32,000 nucleotides of DNA from an uncultured Anaerolinea sp. (lineage in GTDB: Bacteria > Chloroflexota > Anaerolineae > Anaerolineales > Villigracilaceae). The stretch covers positions 123,901 through 155,900 of the forward strand of contig CAZGSB010000001.1 of the NCBI GenBank assembly GCA_964528275.1, read 5' to 3'. How positions within the stretch are numbered: the first letter of the stretch is position 1; every line of letters begins with the position of its first letter. Positions 9,238 through 17,167 of the stretch are shown piece by piece. The notes under the pieces were generated by a model, which was not told where the DNA came from, searched no databases, and saw only the letters and a program-made list of their open reading frames with translations. Position numbers and translations under genes: made by a program.

Positions 9238-9266
9238 ATTATAGCACGGTACACCGGGCAAGGCAA
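9238..9266 (-). promoter_or_regulatory. Putative rho promoter TTGCCT-17-TATAAT, giving a leader of about 200 nt
   Basis: Minus-strand TATAAT = plus 9238-9243. Minus-strand TTGCCT = plus 9261-9266. The spacer is exactly 17 nt. It lies just downstream of the stop of the preceding gene (9276). Confidence 0.45.
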
Positions 9267-9275
9267 GCGTTAATG

Positions 9276-9731
9276 TTACTTTTCGAGACGGACTTTCAGG
9301 TTTGTGAGCACTGCCCGCTGGCTTCGATTGGCTTCGTTGTACACAAAACTTTCGATCAACCGGTTAACCTTTTCGAATTCGACCCTTTGGACCAGATGGG
9401 TTTTGCCGTTTTCCACCTCATGGAATTCATAATGGAAAGCGAGTCGGATCCCCAGTTTGCCATAAAGGCGAATGGTCAACTCGCGTTTGGGGCGGGTAAG
9501 ATGGATAACTAGGTAGATGCGGCTCCGAAAAATGGGCAACCCCGCCCAGCGGTAGGTCTCCACGGTGTAAAACGGACGCAGGAGGATGCCCGTCGCATCG
9601 GTATGCTCCTTCATCACGTCGAGGGTGGTCAACCGCGGGCGAAGCCCGATCATGTTGAGCGGTTCAGCCAGCTGGTCGTACACCTCATTCCGCGGGCGGT
9701 CGATGAAGATGTTCAGCTCGAACGAATGCAT
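9276..9731 (-). CDS. SRPBCC (START/polyketide-cyclase-like) family protein
   Basis: 150-aa size. The N-terminus FELNIFIDRPRNEVYDQLAEP is typical of SRPBCC proteins. Assigned by pattern only. Confidence 0.55.
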   Translation of the reverse strand: MHSFELNIFIDRPRNEVYDQLAEPLNMIGLRPRLTTLDVMKEHTDATGILLRPFYTVETYRWAGLPIFRSRIYLVIHLTRPKRELTIRLYGKLGIRLAFHYEFHEVENGKTHLVQRVEFEKVNRLIESFVYNEANRSQRAVLTNLKVRLEK

Positions 9732-9737
9732 GCCCCA

Positions 9738-9765
9738 ATTTTAACCATGATTGGTGGATTGACAA
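9738..9765 (-). promoter_or_regulatory. Putative promoter TTGTCA-16-TAAAAT, with the -10 box 6 nt upstream of ATG 9731 (leaderless)
   Basis: Minus-strand TAAAAT = plus 9738-9743. Minus-strand TTGTCA = plus 9760-9765. No SD is present. Confidence 0.5.
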
Positions 9766-9790
9766 GTGCGCGATATTGCAATGTTATAAT
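9759..9790 (+). promoter_or_regulatory. Putative lgt promoter: TTGACA and an extended -10 TGTTATAAT
   Basis: TTGACA at 9759-9764. TGnTATAAT at 9782-9790. The spacer is 20 nt (long), so the extended -10 may be the main determinant. SD GAGG lies at 9809-9812 before ATG 9818. Confidence 0.45.
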
Positions 9791-9817
9791 CGTCCAAAAT
9801 GAATTTCCGAGGTATGG

Positions 9818-10903
9818 ATGATTAACCCAATAATTTACTCGTTTGGCAATTTTTCGCTCCACTGGTACGGTGTGATCGTGATGGCTGGCGTGATCGTCGG
9901 CTCACTGATCGCCGAACGCGAATTGATCCGTCGCGGTGGGAATGGGGATACGATCTGGGATGTACTGGTGGGCTGGACCGATATCGGACGGAAGATGAAA
10001 TTTCCCTTCGGGACGTTCCAGTTCGGCTTGCCGCTGGGCGTCCTTCCGGTCGGCATCATCGGCGCGCGATTGTGGTACGTGATGAATGCAACACTCGGCG
10101 GAAACAGGCTATACGTCGAAAACCCATCCGAGATCCTGAGAGTTTGGAATGGCGGACTACACATCTTTGGCGGTTTTCTCTTCGGCGCCATTTCAATGCT
10201 CCTGCTGTTGAAAAAGTACAAGGTCGATGTGTGGATGGTGTTGGATTCGATCGGTCCTGCCCTGCTCATTGGTCAGGGCATTGGGCGGTTGGGGAATTTC
10301 ATCAACCAGGAGTTGTACGGTCCGCCCACAACCCAGCCGTGGGGGTTAAAAATTTCGCCGGAATATTCCTATCAGGTCCCGTTGGAAATGCAGGGAAAAT
10401 CCAGCGCTGAAGTATTGAGTTACCTCGAGACCACGCGCTTCCATCCGACATTTGCCTATGAGATGCTCTGGAACTTCGCCGCGGCAGGACTCCTGTTATG
10501 GCTGTCTCGCCGGTATGAAAAGGACCTCAAGCCTGGAACCCTGTTCGCCGGCTGGTTGCTCCTCGCCGGCATCGGGCGCACCTGGATCGAGTTGTTTCGC
10601 CCCGACCAGCCAAAGATCGGCGAAACGGAGATCAGTTACTCCATGGTGATCGCCGCGTTGATGGCAATCGGCGGCGCGATCGTGCTGATGGCGCGTTATA
10701 AAGCGATCAACTTGAAAGTTGCAGAACATTGGGAAGAGGAATATCAATCGGCGGGTGGGGCTGTTCCGGTGATGACGCCAGCCGCCCCTGTAAAAAAATC
10801 TGCCGGCGTGAAACCGACAGGCAAACCCGCCAGGAAAACCAAAGCAAAAACAAAAACAGCGGCGAGCAAACCCAACAAGCCCGCTTCGCGCTCCGCGAAG
10901 TAA
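9818..10903 (+). CDS. lgt: Prolipoprotein diacylglyceryl transferase with a Lys/Ala/Pro-rich C-terminal tail
   Basis: HWYGVIVMAGVIVG, GRLGNFINQELYG signature, multiple TM segments. Basic tail KKSAGVKPTGKPARKTKAKTKTAASKPNKP. Confidence 0.9.
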   Translation: MINPIIYSFGNFSLHWYGVIVMAGVIVGSLIAERELIRRGGNGDTIWDVLVGWTDIGRKMKFPFGTFQFGLPLGVLPVGIIGARLWYVMNATLGGNRLYVENPSEILRVWNGGLHIFGGFLFGAISMLLLLKKYKVDVWMVLDSIGPALLIGQGIGRLGNFINQELYGPPTTQPWGLKISPEYSYQVPLEMQGKSSAEVLSYLETTRFHPTFAYEMLWNFAAAGLLLWLSRRYEKDLKPGTLFAGWLLLAGIGRTWIELFRPDQPKIGETEISYSMVIAALMAIGGAIVLMARYKAINLKVAEHWEEEYQSAGGAVPVMTPAAPVKKSAGVKPTGKPARKTKAKTKTAASKPNKPASRSAK

Positions 10904-10908
10904 ACGAT

Positions 10909-10941
10909 CAGGTCAGGCAAAATTGCCTGACCTGTGTTTTT
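10909..10941 (+). terminator. Intrinsic terminator between convergent lgt and the sulfotransferase gene
   Basis: CAGGTCAGGCA (10909-10919) pairs with TGCCTGACCTG (10924-10934), 4-nt loop, then TGTTTTT. Confidence 0.75.
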
Positions 10942-12139
10942 ATTCGACCGAGTTGACGGTGACGAACTGTGAACGCGCGCTGACGGTTTCCTCTTCGCGT
11001 TTGTCGAAGCCGAACCGTTCGAAGATGTCGGCGTACATTTCGACGATCCTTTCGCGGGTAAACCCCATTTCTTCGTAGGAATAGGTATGGTCACTGCGAT
11101 GGGCAAGCGTATCTTTGACGGCTTCGTCCACAATCTTGTCCAAGCCCGGTTTATCGGGGTAGCCGAACTGCTCGTAGAAACCGCGGATCACCTGCTCAGG
11201 GCGTTGGATCAAATCGTCGTAGTTGAGGATCAAATGCCTCGGGGCGGGATGCGAGTCGAGATATTCCAAAGGATGGCGATACCAGTGTTGTGTCAAGTCA
11301 GTGATCTCATCCAGGTATTGATATTTTTCGAATCCGCCTGTGAACACGCCGCGCGAGTAGTTGATCCACGAGATGGTGGAGGGAAGCATGTCGAGCGGGT
11401 TGCGGGCGAGGTAAATGATGCGGGCGTCGGGGAAGATTTCGGCGAGGGTTTCGATCTTGGCGCTGAAAGCAGGCGCTTTTGCCACGTAATATTTTTTACC
11501 CGTCGCGTATATGTGCCGTTGCAACATGGATTTGTAAAATGCCATGATCCTGCGCTTGTGTTCCGGCGCGAGTGCCTCGTCGAAATGCTGGTAATTCGGG
11601 TACTCATCCATGAACGGGAAGAGGAACGTGACCCAGAACGAATCCCAAGCGTGCATGAGGATGTTCTCGTCCTCTTCGGGTTGGAAGAACGATATGGGAT
11701 GGATTTTGATCTGCCCGAGGGTGCGGCGGTCGAAGGCATAGAGGGCGCGGTGCAAATGCCCGCCAAGTTTTTTATCGATGCGCGAAACGAATTGTGTAAA
11801 TTTCTTTTGAACTACAGACGGGGTCAGGTAAATATCCCACGTAGTGAGGCTGGTAAATGTGGTGGTGTCGCGGGAGAGCAGGCGGTGGAGGAAGGTGGAT
11901 CCGCTTCTGAGATTGCCCAGAATAAAGAGCGGTTTCTCGACAATTTGGGTTTTGTGCCCGGGGTAGAAAATGTCATCGAGCCAGAAGCAGAACCAATGAA
12001 AGAGCGAGCCCAGGGGCCAGACCAGGTAAAACATGGTCAGGAAGATGATCCGTTTTCGGTTGAGGGGGGCGGGGGTGTCTTTCGATGCGAAGAATGATCG
12101 GTAGAACGTGCGCCAGAACAGGCGGAGGTTGTAGTGCAT
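10940..12139 (-). CDS. Sulfotransferase family protein with an N-terminal hydrophobic segment
   Basis: 5'-PSB-like LGNLRSGSTFLHRLLS and 3'-PB-like IIYLARNPLDMLPS motifs. Hydrophobic IIFLTMFYLVWPLGSLFHWFCFW near the N-terminus. Confidence 0.7.
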   Translation of the reverse strand: MHYNLRLFWRTFYRSFFASKDTPAPLNRKRIIFLTMFYLVWPLGSLFHWFCFWLDDIFYPGHKTQIVEKPLFILGNLRSGSTFLHRLLSRDTTTFTSLTTWDIYLTPSVVQKKFTQFVSRIDKKLGGHLHRALYAFDRRTLGQIKIHPISFFQPEEDENILMHAWDSFWVTFLFPFMDEYPNYQHFDEALAPEHKRRIMAFYKSMLQRHIYATGKKYYVAKAPAFSAKIETLAEIFPDARIIYLARNPLDMLPSTISWINYSRGVFTGGFEKYQYLDEITDLTQHWYRHPLEYLDSHPAPRHLILNYDDLIQRPEQVIRGFYEQFGYPDKPGLDKIVDEAVKDTLAHRSDHTYSYEEMGFTRERIVEMYADIFERFGFDKREEETVSARSQFVTVNSVE

Positions 12140-12161
12140 GGAAGCGGCGTATCCTTTGCGT

Positions 12162-12183
12162 AGAGCCGACTTAAGTCGGCTTT
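12162..12183. repeat. Near-perfect 22-bp palindrome (core AGCCGACTTAAGTCGGCT) in the promoter region of the sulfotransferase gene; function unknown
   Basis: Read directly. GCCGAC (12165-12170) pairs with GTCGGC (12175-12180) with flanking A/T pairs. A weak GCCC/GGGC hairpin plus a minus-strand T7 run lies at 12196-12215. Confidence 0.5.
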
Positions 12184-12301
12184 ACCGTTTTACATAAAAA
12201 AAGCCCGTGAAGGGCGTCTTCTTTTGGGTATTCTATCAGGGTTTGGATATTTTGCGGGAGGGGGGAATACGATTCAGCAAGGTGTCGCAACCAATAAAGT
12301 T

Positions 12302-12853
12302 CTACGGCGCAACCACATTGACCCGAATATAGATTGGGTCGCCGAAGGCAAGTCCATCGGGGTCGAATGCCTGCCATGCCGATTCGAACTCGCCGTCGCT
12401 GAAGGGCGCGGTGAAAAAGATCTGAATGGTGGCTTGCGTTCCTGCGCGGGCGGGGAAGAGCAGAATTTCCTCGGGCGCGCCCAAGTCTGCGCCGCCGATG
12501 TGGATGAAGCGATATTCCGCGTTCCAATCGCATGTTCCGCTGTTTTGTACGAGCCACTGCTTGTCGATCGTCGCGCCGTAGGTGACGAAGGAATTGTCGG
12601 GCACGGTCAGGTCTTCAAGGTAAGTGAGGTCGTTCACGCAGGTTTCAAGGGCTGAGGTCGAGGCGATCGTGGGCAATGGCGTGGATTGAACAACCGCGAC
12701 ATTTTGGGTCGGGTTGATGATGAACGTCGGTTCAATGAGCAGGGATTGGGATGTCGGCGGGATGAACGGGGTCGGCGTGGCGGCGGGGGAACACGAGGCG
12801 AGAAAAATGCCGGGGATGAGAAGCAAAATGAAATGGGAAATGAAGCGAAGCAT
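12302..12853 (-). CDS. Lipoprotein with an NBR1-type Ig-like (N_BRCA1_IG-like) domain
   Basis: From ATG 12853: MLRFISHFILLLIPGIFLASC (lipobox LASC). Domain pattern LTVPDNSFVTYGATIDKQWLVQNSGTCDW...FESAWQAFDPDGLAFGDPIYIRVNV. The track start 12877 is a GTG inside the recA terminator stem. Confidence 0.7.
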   Translation of the reverse strand: MLRFISHFILLLIPGIFLASCSPAATPTPFIPPTSQSLLIEPTFIINPTQNVAVVQSTPLPTIASTSALETCVNDLTYLEDLTVPDNSFVTYGATIDKQWLVQNSGTCDWNAEYRFIHIGGADLGAPEEILLFPARAGTQATIQIFFTAPFSDGEFESAWQAFDPDGLAFGDPIYIRVNVVAP

Positions 12854-12856
12854 GTC

Positions 12857-12889
12857 AAAAATAAAAAGGGCGGACACGACGGTCCGCCC
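12857..12889 (-). terminator. Intrinsic terminator after recA
   Basis: GGGCGGAC (12868-12875) pairs with GTCCGCCC (12882-12889). On the minus strand it is followed by TTTTTATTTTT. Confidence 0.7.
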
Positions 12890-12897
12890 AGTTGGGT

Positions 12898-14019
12898 TTA
12901 CGCTTCTTCGTCGGAGCCGCCGTCATCTTCGCCGCCGCCGATCTCGAGCGGCATGGCGATCTCGCCGCTCAGGGCTTTCTGGCGGATGATGCCGTCAATC
13001 TCAGCCAACAGGTCTGGGTTGGAGCGCAGGTACTCCTTCGCGTTTTCGCGCCCCTGACCGATGCGCACATCGCCGTAGGAGAAGAACGCGCCACGCTTCT
13101 GGACCACCTCGAACTTGGTCGCCAGATCCAGAATGTCGCCTGCGCGCGAGATGCCTTCGTTGAACATGATGTCGAACTCGGCAGTGCGGAACGGAGGCGC
13201 CACTTTGTTCTTGACCACTTTGACGCGGGTGCGGTTGCCGATAACTTCCTCGCCGACTTTGATGGCTTGGATGCGCCGCACGTCGAGACGGACGGATGCG
13301 TAGAATTTGAGGGCGTTGCCGCCAGTGGTGGTTTCGGGGTTGCCGAACATGACGCCGATCTTCGAGCGCAACTGGTTCGTGAAGACCACAGCGGTCTTGG
13401 TCTGGTTGATGGCGCCGGAAAGTTTGCGGAGCGCTTGCGACATGAGGCGGGCTTGCACACCCATGGTGGCGTCGCCCATGTCGCCTTCGATCTCGGAGCG
13501 GGGAACGAGTGCGGCAACCGAGTCTACGACGACGATATCCACGCCGCCGGAGCGGACGAGGGTTTCGGTGATCTCGAGGGCTTGTTCGCCGGTGTCGGGT
13601 TGCGAGACAAGCAGGTTGTCGATGTCCACGCCAACGCGGGCGGCGTAGACCGGGTCGAGGGCGTGTTCCATATCAATGAACGCCGCGGTGCCGCCGAGTT
13701 TTTGCACTTCGGCAATGATGTGCTGGCAGATGGTGGTTTTACCGGAGGATTCGGGTCCGTAGATCTCGATCACGCGCCCGCGGGGGATGCCGCCGACGCC
13801 GAGGGCAATATCAAGGGAGAGCGAGCCGGTGGGGAAGGTCTCGGTCTGCATGTGTTGCGCTTCGCCGAGGCGGATGATGGAACCGTCGCCGTAGCGTTTG
13901 AGGATGTCGCCGACGGCTTTATCGAGCACGGCACGCTTGGCGCCGTCCACATTGCGGTTCGCCTGCGCTTCTTCCATCGCCGCGGCTTTGGATTCTTTGG
14001 ATGATTTTCGAGGGGACAT
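12898..14019 (-). CDS. recA: Recombinase RecA
   Basis: Walker [24 protein letters not shown], acidic C-terminal tail. Start placed at ATG 14019, preceded by GGAGAAACAAAT. The track start 14094 is a TTG overlapping the upstream gene. Confidence 0.97.
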   Translation of the reverse strand: MSPRKSSKESKAAAMEEAQANRNVDGAKRAVLDKAVGDILKRYGDGSIIRLGEAQHMQTETFPTGSLSLDIALGVGGIPRGRVIEIYGPESSGKTTICQHIIAEVQKLGGTAAFIDMEHALDPVYAARVGVDIDNLLVSQPDTGEQALEITETLVRSGGVDIVVVDSVAALVPRSEIEGDMGDATMGVQARLMSQALRKLSGAINQTKTAVVFTNQLRSKIGVMFGNPETTTGGNALKFYASVRLDVRRIQAIKVGEEVIGNRTRVKVVKNKVAPPFRTAEFDIMFNEGISRAGDILDLATKFEVVQKRGAFFSYGDVRIGQGRENAKEYLRSNPDLLAEIDGIIRQKALSGEIAMPLEIGGGEDDGGSDEEA

Positions 14020-14066
14020 ATTTGTTTCTCCAATACAGTGTAAGTGTCGGGTTGTGGGTAGCCGAC

Positions 14067-14094
14067 AGTATAGCACAGATGTTCGATACGTCAA
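14067..14094 (-). promoter_or_regulatory. Putative recA promoter TTGACG-16-TATACT. The spacer contains a Cheo-box-like CGAACATCTGTGCT (14072-14085)
   Basis: Minus-strand TATACT = plus 14067-14072. Minus-strand TTGACG = plus 14089-14094. The left half-site CGAAC is perfect. The right half GTGCT matches GTTCG at 3 of 5 positions. Confidence 0.45.
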
Positions 14095-15281
14095 GGTATG
14101 GGGGTGATGGTCACAGGCAGAAAATCCAATGTCGGCACGGGCGGCGGGGTGAGTTGGAATCCGTCTTTATCGGTGAACGTGAAGTAGGTCACCTGCCCCG
14201 GGAAAATTTCCACGAAGAATTGAACGTCCTTCTCCAAATAATTGATCAACACCTTATAAATCCCCGCCGGCAGGTCGCTGAGCACCAAATTCTCCTGATA
14301 GTACGGATCGCCATTGACCGCGCCTTCGGCGTACGTCAATACTTTACGCAAGGGGACTTCGGACGGTAACGGTCGCACCTCGACGGGGTACTGGTTCAGC
14401 AACTCGTCTTTTTCGCCGCTGACGCGCCCCACCAGCACGCCCCAGCCCTGCGGAGGAGCCATCCATAGTTCGGGGTTGAACGTGTTGTAAAAAGTGTTTT
14501 TCCCCAACCGGATTTCAAAATGCAAATGCGGACCGGTCGTCGCGCCGGTGTCGCCGACCAGACCGATCACATCCCCGGTCTCCACGCGCTGACCTTCCAC
14601 CGCGAGGATCGCGCTCATGTGGGCGTAAATGGTAAACAGCGATTGTTCCTTGTAACCGAAATCATGGCGGATGACGACCGCCTGCCCGTACGGATCAGAT
14701 TCGTTGCCCGGCACCTCGGTGTACAAACCCCACCCCGCGGAGACGACCGTACCGGAACCCGCGGCGAGGATGGGCGCGCCTTCGGCGGCATCGATATCCA
14801 CACCGGTGTGCACGATGTTAGGCGCGAAGAACACGCCGCCGTAGCGGTATTCCGCCAGGGGCCAGTTGACGTTATCCGCGGCGATGGGGCGGGCGAAGTA
14901 AAAATGATCGTAGGGCGAAACAGCCCAGGGAACCGGATAAAGAGGCGGACGCCATCCCGAAACCGGTTCCGCTCCGGGGGTCGGCAGGACGAACCGGAAC
15001 GGCTCAATCGTCGGGTTCGGTGTCGCATCCGTTTCATCGGCAGGCTGGAGCGCCGTCCCACCGGCGATGACCGCTGTGCTGGTGGGATTCGCTGCGAGGT
15101 TCGATGGCGCGCAGGAAACTAATAATAAAACCAACAACAAAATTATGTCATTGCGAGGAGGAGCGAAGCGACGACGAAGCAATCTCCATCTTGGTAGGGA
15201 GATTGTGTCACCACGGCGCCACGGCGACGCTTGAACCGTCTTTCGGGCTTTCTCGCAATGACGAAACAAAAAATTCTTCAT
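14091..15281 (-). CDS. M23 family metallopeptidase (probable lipoprotein) with a C-terminal beta-sandwich domain
   Basis: [17 protein letters not shown] and [16 protein letters not shown]. Lipobox LLLVSC. ATG 15281 overlaps the upstream stop (ATGA). An alternative in-frame TTG at 15182 would give [24 protein letters not shown]. Confidence 0.85.
   Translation of the reverse strand: MKNFLFRHCEKARKTVQASPWRRGDTISLPRWRLLRRRFAPPRNDIILLLVLLLVSCAPSNLAANPTSTAVIAGGTALQPADETDATPNPTIEPFRFVLPTPGAEPVSGWRPPLYPVPWAVSPYDHFYFARPIAADNVNWPLAEYRYGGVFFAPNIVHTGVDIDAAEGAPILAAGSGTVVSAGWGLYTEVPGNESDPYGQAVVIRHDFGYKEQSLFTIYAHMSAILAVEGQRVETGDVIGLVGDTGATTGPHLHFEIRLGKNTFYNTFNPELWMAPPQGWGVLVGRVSGEKDELLNQYPVEVRPLPSEVPLRKVLTYAEGAVNGDPYYQENLVLSDLPAGIYKVLINYLEKDVQFFVEIFPGQVTYFTFTDKDGFQLTPPPVPTLDFLPVTITPIP
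15147..15262. repeat. Nested inverted-repeat (REP/MITE-like) element lying inside the annotated 5' end of the M23 gene
   Basis: Outer arms GTCATTGCGAG (15147-15157) and CTCGCAATGAC (15252-15262), 11/11. Inner arms CAATCTCC (15180-15187) and GGAGATTG (15198-15205), 8/8. Confidence 0.6.
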
Positions 15282-17116
15282 GGAATGATTGTCGGCGGGG
15301 TGGGCGAAAGAGTGGGCGTGTTCGAAGGCGCCGGCGTCAGGCTCGGTGTTGGGCTAAGCGAGGCGGTCAGCGTGATGCGCGGTGTGCGCGTCAGGGTGAT
15401 GGTCGGCGTGAAAGTGGATGTGACCGTGGGCGTGAACGTGGGCGGGAGCAGGCGCGTGGGCGTGAGCAACACATCGGGCGGATACAGCTGAAGCAGTGCG
15501 GAGTAAAAGTCAAGCCCATCGGTGAGCGCAAATTCGGTGAAGCGCGCGCCGCGATAGAACGTCCGCCAGTTGGGGAGGGCGGGGACGCGCTCCCAGCCGT
15601 ACTGGCGCGCGAGCGAAGTCACGTCCACCCAATAGCCCGGCGGGACAGGGCTGTACTTGCCGCCTTGCTCGTACACTTTTGGGTCAAGATTGTAGCGTGA
15701 GGATAAGTCCCACGGGTTGGCGTGAAGCGGTTCGCCGCGCGAACCATCCTGCGCCTGCGCGCGGATGTATAACCGCCAGTAGGTTTGCGCGCCGAAATCC
15801 TCGCGCACCGCCACCATCCAGCCGGCATTGGTCATCAACGAATTGATGGCGAAGGCTCGCCCGGTATACAACCACGATTCCTCAAACCCGGGATCAAGCG
15901 TGGCTGTGATCGGCACAAAGGCATTTTCCAAACTGGCGAGCGCATCCCAACCGGCTTCAGCGATCACACGCTCACGCAAGGCGTTGAATGCCTCGTCCAC
16001 GCGATCGCTCAATTGCGGATACGGCGCTTGGACGTTGGCAAGGTCCACCAGAGTATCGCGCCCTTGGGCGCCTTCTGAAGCGGGGTTAACATTCGATGTC
16101 CACAGCGGCGCCGGTGTCAATTCTGACACTTGCTGGACGACGGATGGCAGGGGATCTGCCAGCGCGACATTCATCCACGCCAGCCCGCGCAACGGACCGG
16201 GAATAAGTTGCAACGGCTCAAGGAGTTGACCGTTCAGCGAATATTGAGCGAGATATGTTTCGTTCGGCGTGCTGAACGTGGTGAGCAATTTGCTGTCGCT
16301 TGTTCCCCAGGCGGGATAATCGCCATCCGCCAGCCAGATCGCCGGGGCATTGCGCGTCGAATCCCAGACGTAAATCCCGCTTCGCCCCACGCTTTGACTC
16401 GAAGCCGCCCATAGCAGGCGCGTCCCATCCCTCGACCAGACCGGGCGCGATTCCGCCGCGTCCGGCGTGTTACTCAAATTGGCGTAGCGCGACTCGTCCG
16501 TTTTATCGAGGTCGGCAAGGATGATCTCACCGTCCGACACGAAAACGATCTGACGTCCGCCAGGCGCCCACGCGGGCGAATGATCTGCCGTGGCGGAGGC
16601 GGTCAACTGGACCGCGTTCTGGCGCGGATCGTCCGCGGGACCGATGACGATCTCGAGATTGTCGTCGAGGTACGCCTCGAACGCGAGGAACGATCCATCC
16701 GGCGACCATGTCGGCGCGCCTTCATACTCTGGCGTGTCGGTGAGTTGGGTCACATCCCCACTGGAGGCGTCGAAGAGGTACAGGTCCCAAAATCCACTGC
16801 GGTTGGAGGCGAAGGCGATCCGTCGCCCATCCGGGCTGACCGACGGGGAAATATCATCCCAATGATCGCCGGTCAAACGCGTCAGCGGCATCCGTCCGGG
16901 CAGGTAGGCGAACAGGTGGGCATATCCATCCTCTTCGATAGACAGGATGACCATCTCCCTCGCGCCGGCAGGGATGGTCGGAGCGAAATCTGGAGTTGTC
17001 GTACTTTGAGCCGCGTTCTCAGAAGTTGGCGTTTCATTGATAGGTTGAACGCAACTGGTGAAGAGGACCAGGAAGATTGGAAGAATTAAGGTTAAGCGGG
17101 TGAAAGGTTTGGGCAT
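15278..17116 (-). CDS. PD40/TolB-like beta-propeller lipoprotein with an uncharacterised C-terminal domain and a Thr/Pro-rich tail
   Basis: Signal/lipobox LVLFTSC. PD40 repeats (SPDGRRIAFASNRSGFWDLYL, TWSPDGSFLAFEA, AWAPGGRQIVFVS, VWSRDGTRLLW). Tail TPTVTSTFTPTITLTRTPRITLTASLSPTPSLTPAPS. Confidence 0.8.
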   Translation of the reverse strand: MPKPFTRLTLILPIFLVLFTSCVQPINETPTSENAAQSTTTPDFAPTIPAGAREMVILSIEEDGYAHLFAYLPGRMPLTRLTGDHWDDISPSVSPDGRRIAFASNRSGFWDLYLFDASSGDVTQLTDTPEYEGAPTWSPDGSFLAFEAYLDDNLEIVIGPADDPRQNAVQLTASATADHSPAWAPGGRQIVFVSDGEIILADLDKTDESRYANLSNTPDAAESRPVWSRDGTRLLWAASSQSVGRSGIYVWDSTRNAPAIWLADGDYPAWGTSDSKLLTTFSTPNETYLAQYSLNGQLLEPLQLIPGPLRGLAWMNVALADPLPSVVQQVSELTPAPLWTSNVNPASEGAQGRDTLVDLANVQAPYPQLSDRVDEAFNALRERVIAEAGWDALASLENAFVPITATLDPGFEESWLYTGRAFAINSLMTNAGWMVAVREDFGAQTYWRLYIRAQAQDGSRGEPLHANPWDLSSRYNLDPKVYEQGGKYSPVPPGYWVDVTSLARQYGWERVPALPNWRTFYRGARFTEFALTDGLDFYSALLQLYPPDVLLTPTRLLPPTFTPTVTSTFTPTITLTRTPRITLTASLSPTPSLTPAPSNTPTLSPTPPTIIP

Positions 17117-17129
17117 GGGTTGTTGATAT

Positions 17130-17151
17130 CCCCTTTCCGTTTGGAAAAGGG
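17130..17151. repeat. REP-like hairpin between the 121-aa ORF and the PD40 gene
   Basis: CCCCTTTCC / GGAAAAGGG, 8 of 9 pairs, 4-nt loop, no T-run. Confidence 0.4.
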
Positions 17152-17167
17152 TTAGGGTGAGGGTGAA

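Noticed and set aside
11087-12097. 336-aa + strand ORF opposite the sulfotransferase gene
   Set aside because: It is antisense to an ORF with sulfotransferase PSB/PB motifs, has no motifs of its own, and is a GC-rich shadow frame.
12196-12215. A GCCC/GGGC hairpin plus a minus-strand T7 run as the terminator of the NBR1-like lipoprotein gene
   Set aside because: The stem is only 4 bp and lies about 90 nt past the stop. It is too weak to call, and is mentioned only under the neighbouring palindrome feature.
12892-14004. 370-aa + strand ORF opposite recA, plus nested ORFs at 12969-13517, 13307-13648 and elsewhere
   Set aside because: They are antisense or out of frame relative to the unmistakable RecA sequence.
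15104-15700. 198-aa + strand Arg/Gly-rich ORF and ORF 15231..15491
   Set aside because: They span the M23/PD40 junction on the opposite strand, are low complexity, and are partly generated by the Thr/Pro-rich tail codons read in antisense.
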